A stretch of DNA of 64,000 nucleotides from an uncultured Ignavibacteriales bacterium (lineage in GTDB: Bacteria; Zixibacteria; MSB-5A5; GN15; FEB-12). Position 1 is the first letter of the stretch. Each line of letters starts with the position of its first letter. The stretch lies in assembly GCA_964464605.1 (NCBI GenBank), contig CAYXJN010000005.1, forward strand, positions 124,001 to 188,000. Reading direction: 5' to 3'. The position numbers and the translations under genes were made by a program. Positions 58,374-64,000 of the stretch are shown here, in pieces. The notes beneath the pieces were generated by a model. That model did no database searches and was not told the origin of the DNA. It saw only the letters and a list, made by a program, of their open reading frames with translations.

Positions 58374-59060
58374 ATGAACCAACAAACTTGCCAAGCCGCG
58401 GACAGTGGGGCGGTTGCCTCATCCGGCAAAAGCGTCGATACTAACAGCATGGAGCAAACACGCCGAAGCCTGATACAGGTCATTAACTTGATAGCCGACC
58501 GCGGTTGGACACGGGCCACCGCTGGAAACTTCAGCGTCCTTTTGGAGCGTGAACCGATCAGGATGCTTATGTCACCGAGCGGGGTCGACAAGGGGATGCT
58601 TTTGGAACATGACCTGATAGAGGTATCCGGACAGGGTGTGTCTCTGACCGAAGGTGGTAAAACTTCAGCAGAAACCCTTTTACATACGGCAATCTATGAG
58701 GAGCGCACCGTGAATTGCGTTCTCCATGTGCACACCGTCTGGAACACCCTTCTTTCTAAAAAATATCTCAAACAGGGTGCTCTGACCATTTCCGGTTATG
58801 AGATATTAAAGGCGCTATCCGGAGTAGCAACCCATGAGCATGCCGAGCGGGTTCCTGTTTTTGACAATACTCAGGACATCGCAGCACTGGGGAAATTGGT
58901 AAAAAATGAACTTCTGCGGGATAAATCTGTTAAATCATTTTTGATAGCCGGTCACGGCGTGTATACTTGGGGAGAGACGGTTGAAACCGCCTACCGGCAC
59001 TTGGATGCGCTCGAATTTTTGTTTGAGACTCTGGTGCGCAGCGAGCAGCCGAATCTGTAA
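58374..59060 (+). CDS. mtnB: Methylthioribulose-1-phosphate dehydratase
   Basis: GW..ATAGNFS, PSGVDKG, SAETLLH, VLHVH, HGVYTWG; start uncertain (58374 or 58449). Confidence 0.9.
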   Translation: MNQQTCQAADSGAVASSGKSVDTNSMEQTRRSLIQVINLIADRGWTRATAGNFSVLLEREPIRMLMSPSGVDKGMLLEHDLIEVSGQGVSLTEGGKTSAETLLHTAIYEERTVNCVLHVHTVWNTLLSKKYLKQGALTISGYEILKALSGVATHEHAERVPVFDNTQDIAALGKLVKNELLRDKSVKSFLIAGHGVYTWGETVETAYRHLDALEFLFETLVRSEQPNL

Positions 59061-59081
59061 AGAAGAAGTGAGGAAAGAAAA

Positions 59082-59648
59082 ATGGCACGGTTACGGATTC
59101 AAGAACTGAATAAAGAGATTAGCGACGCCTCAGATGTTAAGGCGTACTTAGCTTCTATCGGCATCGGCTTTGAACGCTGGGACACCAGCCACAACTTATC
59201 AGATACGGTTCCGGCGGAACAGATTCTTAACTCATACGCGAATGAGATCGAGGCGCTCAAAGCTTCGGGTGGATATGTCACGGCCGACGTTATTGATGTC
59301 AAACCTGACACGCCGAACCTGCAGACCATGCTCGATAAGTTCAATAAAGAGCATTGGCATGATGAAGATGAGGTACGCTTTATCATCGAAGGACATGGCA
59401 TTTTCCACATCAACCCGAAAACCGGTCCGGTTGTCGGAATTGAAGTCGAAAAGGGAGACCTGATGCGGGTTCCGGCTGGCACATTGCATTGGTTCGATCT
59501 CTGCGGTGATCGGCGCATTCGGGCGATTCGCCTGTTTCAGGATCCGACAGGCTGGACACCGCATTACTCAGCGAGCGACAAGGAAAAAGGGTATATGCCG
59601 GTCTGTTTCGGGTACACCTTCATTCCGCCACAGCTTCAGACTCTGTAA
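59082..59648 (+). CDS. mtnD: Acireductone dioxygenase
   Basis: EHWHDEDEVRF, GDLMRVPAGTLHWF, AIRLF..GW. Confidence 0.93.
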   Translation: MARLRIQELNKEISDASDVKAYLASIGIGFERWDTSHNLSDTVPAEQILNSYANEIEALKASGGYVTADVIDVKPDTPNLQTMLDKFNKEHWHDEDEVRFIIEGHGIFHINPKTGPVVGIEVEKGDLMRVPAGTLHWFDLCGDRRIRAIRLFQDPTGWTPHYSASDKEKGYMPVCFGYTFIPPQLQTL

Positions 59649-59658
59649 TCCATAGCGG

Positions 59659-60339
59659 ATGCAGGTTATTCTTCTCGATATTGAGGGCACAACCACGCCC
59701 ATAAATTTCGTGTACGGCACACTTTTTCCGTATGCCCGAAAACATCTCAGTGAGTTTCTCTCTGACAATTTCAGCCGGGAAGATTTAGTCCAGCTTGAGA
59801 TGGAATACCGGCAGGATAAAGCTGATTCAAAACCGGCGTGGGAAATGCCGCCGGTTGCGTATTTGTACTGGCTGATGGATCAGGATAGAAAATCCCCGGC
59901 ACTTAAAACTATTCAAGGAAAGATTTGGAAAGCCGGGTATGAAGATGGGTCATTGAAAGGGGAGCTGTTTCCGGATGTTGTGCCTGCTATCAAACGCTGG
60001 AAGGCCGAAGGGAGACAAGTTTGCATCTATTCGTCCGGGAGCGTGCTTGCCCAAAAGCTCATTTTTAGATATTCTTACGAGGGAGATATTTCACCCTTAA
60101 TTGACAGCTACTTCGATACTGAGGTTGGCCCCAAGAAAGAAGCGGAGAGCTACCGTGAAATAGCGCGGCGGCTTCACCAGACGCCCAAAGACATACTCTT
60201 CGTTTCCGATTCCGCTGCTGAGTGTGTTGCGGCGACGGAGGCAGGATGTTCGGTTCGGTATTCGGTGCGTCCGGGAAACAAAGTCGAAGCGGCCTCATTT
60301 GAACAGATAACATCTTTTGAAGGAATTGAAAACTCATGA
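59659..60339 (+). CDS. mtnC: Enolase-phosphatase E1 (acireductone synthase)
   Basis: LLDIEGTTTPI.FV..LFPYA, DRKSPALKTIQGKIW, YSSGSVLAQ. Confidence 0.94.
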   Translation: MQVILLDIEGTTTPINFVYGTLFPYARKHLSEFLSDNFSREDLVQLEMEYRQDKADSKPAWEMPPVAYLYWLMDQDRKSPALKTIQGKIWKAGYEDGSLKGELFPDVVPAIKRWKAEGRQVCIYSSGSVLAQKLIFRYSYEGDISPLIDSYFDTEVGPKKEAESYREIARRLHQTPKDILFVSDSAAECVAATEAGCSVRYSVRPGNKVEAASFEQITSFEGIENS

Positions 60340-61532
60340 GTGACACAACGGTTCTGAATGCGACAATGAAGTCGGCCCGGGCTGATTTTGATTTTACCCC
60401 TCCTTTTTTGCGTGAAGTATCGATTCGCGTGGCCGCTGTCGGCGGAATTAATCTTGGTCAGGGTGTATGCCAAACACCGACTCCGCCGGAAGTGTTAGCC
60501 GCGGCACAGAAAGCGATAGAGCAGGGGTACAATCGATACACACCCGCACAGGGAATCGCCGATTTGTTGACTGCGCTTGCAAAGAAGTTGAATGAGTTCA
60601 ATCATCTTAACATTACGCCCGACCAGGTTATCGCAACCGGCGGCGCAACCGGCGCGTTTGAATCGGTCGTACAGGCGTTGGTAGTGCCGGGAGATGAGGT
60701 CATCATTTTTCGTCCGTACTATCCGTATCATCGCAACGCAGTGTTGCGGGCAAGAGGCGTGCTCAAGATTTGTGAGATGCACTCACCGAAATGGGAGTTT
60801 TCGAAAGAAGAATTTGTTAGTCTGTTTACGCCCAAGACCAAGCTTGTCGTATTGACTACGCCGAATAACCCGACCGGTAAAGTATTTACGAAAGCGGAAC
60901 TGGAATGGATCGGTAATGTCTGCAAGGAACGGGGTGTCTGGTGTGTTGTCGATGAGGTGTATGAATATCTCACCTATGACGGCCGCACCCATGTTTCGAT
61001 GGCAAGCATTCCGGGTTTGGAAAATACGGTTATTACCATGGGTTCATTTTCCAAAACTTACTCAGTCACCGGATGGCGAATTGGCTATATCGCTGCTCCC
61101 AAAGAATTGATGAACCCATTGCGGACGGTGTCGGATCAGCTGTATGTCTGCGCACCTTCCCCGTTTCAACATGCTATCTTAAGCGCGCTGGTTAATTTAC
61201 CGCGTGAGTATTACACCGATATGCTGACTTCATACACGCATAAACGGGAACTAATGGCTAAAGCTCTTAACAGGGCTGGTTTTGATTTCTCGCTTCCGGA
61301 AGGCGCGTACTATTTTCTTGTTTCCACGAGCAGACGGTTTCCGAACATGACGGCAACTGAAGTGTTAGACCTGATGATTGCCAAATCCGGTATCGGCGCA
61401 GTACCGACGATTGATTTCGTCGGTCCGGAAGTTCGTGGCAACAAGACGAAAGATCATCTTTTGCGTTTTTGTTTTTCTGTGCCCGATGAGGTATTAGTCG
61501 AAGCAGACCAACGATTGGCAAAACTGGATTGA
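60336..61532 (+). CDS. PLP class I/II aminotransferase (likely MtnE role)
   Basis: INLGQG, TPNNPTGKV, DEVY, SFSKTYSVTGWRIG; coupled to mtnC. Confidence 0.85.
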   Translation: MSDTTVLNATMKSARADFDFTPPFLREVSIRVAAVGGINLGQGVCQTPTPPEVLAAAQKAIEQGYNRYTPAQGIADLLTALAKKLNEFNHLNITPDQVIATGGATGAFESVVQALVVPGDEVIIFRPYYPYHRNAVLRARGVLKICEMHSPKWEFSKEEFVSLFTPKTKLVVLTTPNNPTGKVFTKAELEWIGNVCKERGVWCVVDEVYEYLTYDGRTHVSMASIPGLENTVITMGSFSKTYSVTGWRIGYIAAPKELMNPLRTVSDQLYVCAPSPFQHAILSALVNLPREYYTDMLTSYTHKRELMAKALNRAGFDFSLPEGAYYFLVSTSRRFPNMTATEVLDLMIAKSGIGAVPTIDFVGPEVRGNKTKDHLLRFCFSVPDEVLVEADQRLAKLD

Positions 61533-61902
61533 GCTCTGGTTCCTCTCTTGTTCGGTTGCTTATAATGTAGCAAGCAGTTCCGCGGATTCTGAACGCCGTT
61601 TTAAAGCCCTGTTTCTACAATGTTTTCGCGGCATTCATTTGCAAACTACTGTTCTTTGATTGCACTGTGTCGAATTTCATTTCCTATATGCAAAGAGCCA
61701 TCATCTCGCCTTTTTGATATTTTTCTGCGCGTAATCAGGTAATCTCCTTTTGTAGAATAGAGTTGGCTCGGAAAAATGGCCTGAAAACAGACCATTTTTC
61801 TGCCCCAAATCAACGCCCAAAACTCATTTTTTGATTTTTTGCCCAAAATTTGCTTATTCCCGCATGTCGGATTCTGTCCATCGAATTTGACACAAAACAC
61901 GT

Positions 61903-64000
61903 ATGACTGACAAACAGAACAGACACAAAACTTCGCTCATACGCATTTCCATGCGGAAAATTTTGCTCACTGTTGCCGTTGGTGTCTTTTGCGTATCAAC
62001 TGCTTCAGAAAGTTTTGCGTATACCGCCCGTGTTTATGATCCCTCGTTAGGAAAGCAGAATCTTTTCTTACTCGGTTTCGGTGAGCTGACATTCAACAGC
62101 TTCTCTATCAAGGGAAGCCGTTCCGCCTTTGAACAAGGCAATACACTGTACTCAAATGAAATCGGTGGTACTACGTACGCGAACTATCGGGCTTCGATGT
62201 TCGCCAACGGTAATGTTACGCCGAAGCTTTTCTTGAATGGTTCGGCGGTTGTTGATTCCCGAATCGATGATGAATACCGCACCGCGGATCCATCATTGTT
62301 CCGTTTGCGGATGTCGTTAAACAGCACCGAACCGATTTGGGATGGCTGGCGCTTTACGGCGTATGGCACATATGATCCGAATCGTCAATGGGAGCTTGGC
62401 AATCTCGACAGCCGTTTGTTAACCCAGCCGCAGAAACCGCTGCAGACAGAATTGTATGCGCGCTTGCAGTCGGAAAAGAATGGGTATGTCGAGGCTGGTT
62501 CGCTTCACCCATCGTTCAGACAATCACAGTTTACGCTAAAAAACCGCGCCGTCTTTGGCGCTTTTGCTGATCTCAATACTGAACTGGTTGGTGTTGAGGC
62601 AGTCGCCGGTAAACTGGAAGGGAAGCGGTTCCGCGAAGGTTCCGCGATCGGTATTCCCGCCGATGGTACCGCCGGACAGTATATGCTTTCCATTGTTCCG
62701 GTTGTGCGCGGTAGTGAATCGGTCAAAATCGAAACCCGTGACCGGTTCAGTACCTCGACAGTTTTAGAAACGAAAATTCTTAAGCGGGATGTCGATTACT
62801 CAATCGATTACGAACGGGGACGGATTATTCTGAATGAACCGGTACCCTCTTCTACACTCAGCGATGATCCCAACTTTATCGTGATTACCTACGGTTTTGA
62901 GCGTGAGCAGAATGATGACATCCTCGGCGCTCGCGGTCGGGTAATGCCGACTGAGACAAGCCAGTTCGGCGCGACGCTGTTGCATCGCAATGTCGATGAC
63001 GGCGCAGCTTCACCGATTCTCGATCCGGATAATATTTTTGCGGCTGACGGTTCGTTCCGGACAGTCAACGGCCGTTTGAGCGGTTCCGGTGAAATAGCAG
63101 GATCTGAAATAGAAGCGACTGACAATACTCCCTCCGCCGTACGCGCTGATCTGACGGGCAAACCGACTGATGAGCTTACGCTGCGTGGAAATTTCTCACG
63201 CCTCGAAGATGATTTTCGTGCTTTCAATAACGGCGATTTGAATCCGATCAAGAATCAGCAGCGTCTCGATTTAGACGGCGATTATACGCTCGGCGCACGG
63301 CAGAATCTCAATGCCGGATTCAGTAATTATCGCGGACTTGAAGAAAACGGCGCGAACAATAGTTATCCGGGTCTGCGAAATGAAAATGTCTACCGCGCCG
63401 GATATCGCAATCGGTTCAATACCGGATTCAATTTGGGTGCGCGGCTCGAAGAACGCAAAGTATTCGACCGTTCCGATAACGACACCGAAGATAACGAGCA
63501 GTTCCGCGCGATTCTTGATTTAGATGGCTCCCGTGAACGGCTTGGATTCCTCGGCCGCTTCGGATATCAGTTCCATTACGAGTTTATCAATTTCTCTGAC
63601 CTTCTCAATGACGAGACGGATGAAAAATACGACAGCCGCACCAATCAAGCCGGTTTAAGCCTTGCTTCGACGCCGTGGAAGAGTACGACTGTTTCACTCG
63701 TACACAAATTATTACTGCGGGAAAACCGCGAACAAACTGCGTTTGATACCTACGACAATAGAGAAGATGAAACGTTCGGTTCAATTTTATTCAGACCGAA
63801 CAGTTTATTCTCCAGCGTTCTGACAGCACAGTACAAGCAGTGGACCGTTCCCGGTTCGAAAGTAGGTTTGTGGGAAGGGAATCCGTACCGCATTGAGCGA
63901 GTCGGAACATTGGCTGCCGAGTATTATCCCGAACGCTACGTCAAGCTTTGGGCTAAATTCGGTCATTATCAGCTTGAACAGTTGGCCATCGATAATAAAG
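61903..64000 (+). CDS. Large outer-membrane beta-barrel with SprA-like motif (3'-truncated; absent from ORF track)
   Basis: Frame +1 read manually open from ATG 61903 (or 61951) to the window end. Signal peptide, then VVRGSESVKIETRDR..LKRDVDYSIDYERGRIIL, then many amphipathic beta-strands. Confidence 0.75.
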   Translation, partial: MTDKQNRHKTSLIRISMRKILLTVAVGVFCVSTASESFAYTARVYDPSLGKQNLFLLGFGELTFNSFSIKGSRSAFEQGNTLYSNEIGGTTYANYRASMFANGNVTPKLFLNGSAVVDSRIDDEYRTADPSLFRLRMSLNSTEPIWDGWRFTAYGTYDPNRQWELGNLDSRLLTQPQKPLQTELYARLQSEKNGYVEAGSLHPSFRQSQFTLKNRAVFGAFADLNTELVGVEAVAGKLEGKRFREGSAIGIPADGTAGQYMLSIVPVVRGSESVKIETRDRFSTSTVLETKILKRDVDYSIDYERGRIILNEPVPSSTLSDDPNFIVITYGFEREQNDDILGARGRVMPTETSQFGATLLHRNVDDGAASPILDPDNIFAADGSFRTVNGRLSGSGEIAGSEIEATDNTPSAVRADLTGKPTDELTLRGNFSRLEDDFRAFNNGDLNPIKNQQRLDLDGDYTLGARQNLNAGFSNYRGLEENGANNSYPGLRNENVYRAGYRNRFNTGFNLGARLEERKVFDRSDNDTEDNEQFRAILDLDGSRERLGFLGRFGYQFHYEFINFSDLLNDETDEKYDSRTNQAGLSLASTPWKSTTVSLVHKLLLRENREQTAFDTYDNREDETFGSILFRPNSLFSSVLTAQYKQWTVPGSKVGLWEGNPYRIERVGTLAAEYYPERYVKLWAKFGHYQLEQLAIDNK

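Noticed and set aside
58374..58448. SAM/SAH riboswitch upstream of mtnB
   Set aside because: Could not match conserved cores of known SAM or SAH classes; the region is also an open in-frame extension
62184..63523. Small ORFs listed in the last 2 kb
   Set aside because: They are shadows of the long frame +1 ORF starting at 61903
1..64000. CRISPR array, IS elements, prophage, rRNA
   Set aside because: No repeat-spacer array, transposase, phage structural gene or rRNA-like stretch recognised

Overview
Bacterial chromosomal window of roughly 48-50% GC (estimated by eye). A Cys-flanked dockerin-like C-terminus, FCB-type outer-membrane proteins and the flagellar gene order point to an FCB-superphylum organism, most likely Zixibacteria (inference). 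Layout: (1) 0-7.9 kb holds the 3' end of rnr, a sigma-54 activator, three T9SS-like envelope genes, dgt and an orphan. (2) 8.1-24.6 kb is a flagellar hook/switch/export cluster: motE-like, fliK, flgD, TIGR02530, flgE, flbD, fliLMNOPQR, flhBAFG, fliA. It lacks motAB and carries sigma-54/IHF, sigma-28 and CsrA-like sites. (3) 24.6-33.1 kb is an unusual fliA-linked signalling tail with a DUF2225-like protein, three PilZ proteins, two GAF pseudo-histidine kinases, a degenerate chemoreceptor-tip mini-protein and two stand-alone receivers. (4) Next come tRNA-Ser(GCT), a PAS kinase/receiver pair and a membrane patatin-like phospholipase. (5) An ABC-2/NEW3/PDZ operon diverges from an OmpR-type two-component system, followed by a dockerin protein and a LytS/LytTR pair. 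(6) A low-GC two-gene DGQHR(ParB/DndB-like)+HEPN cassette is a candidate defence or toxin-antitoxin system. (7) The end holds an aldo-keto reductase, a transglutaminase-like pair, msrB, a methionine-salvage operon (mtnB-mtnD-mtnC-aminotransferase) and a large SprA-like beta-barrel ORF that runs off the window and is missing from the ORF track. All calls are from motif recognition by eye; no database searches were run.
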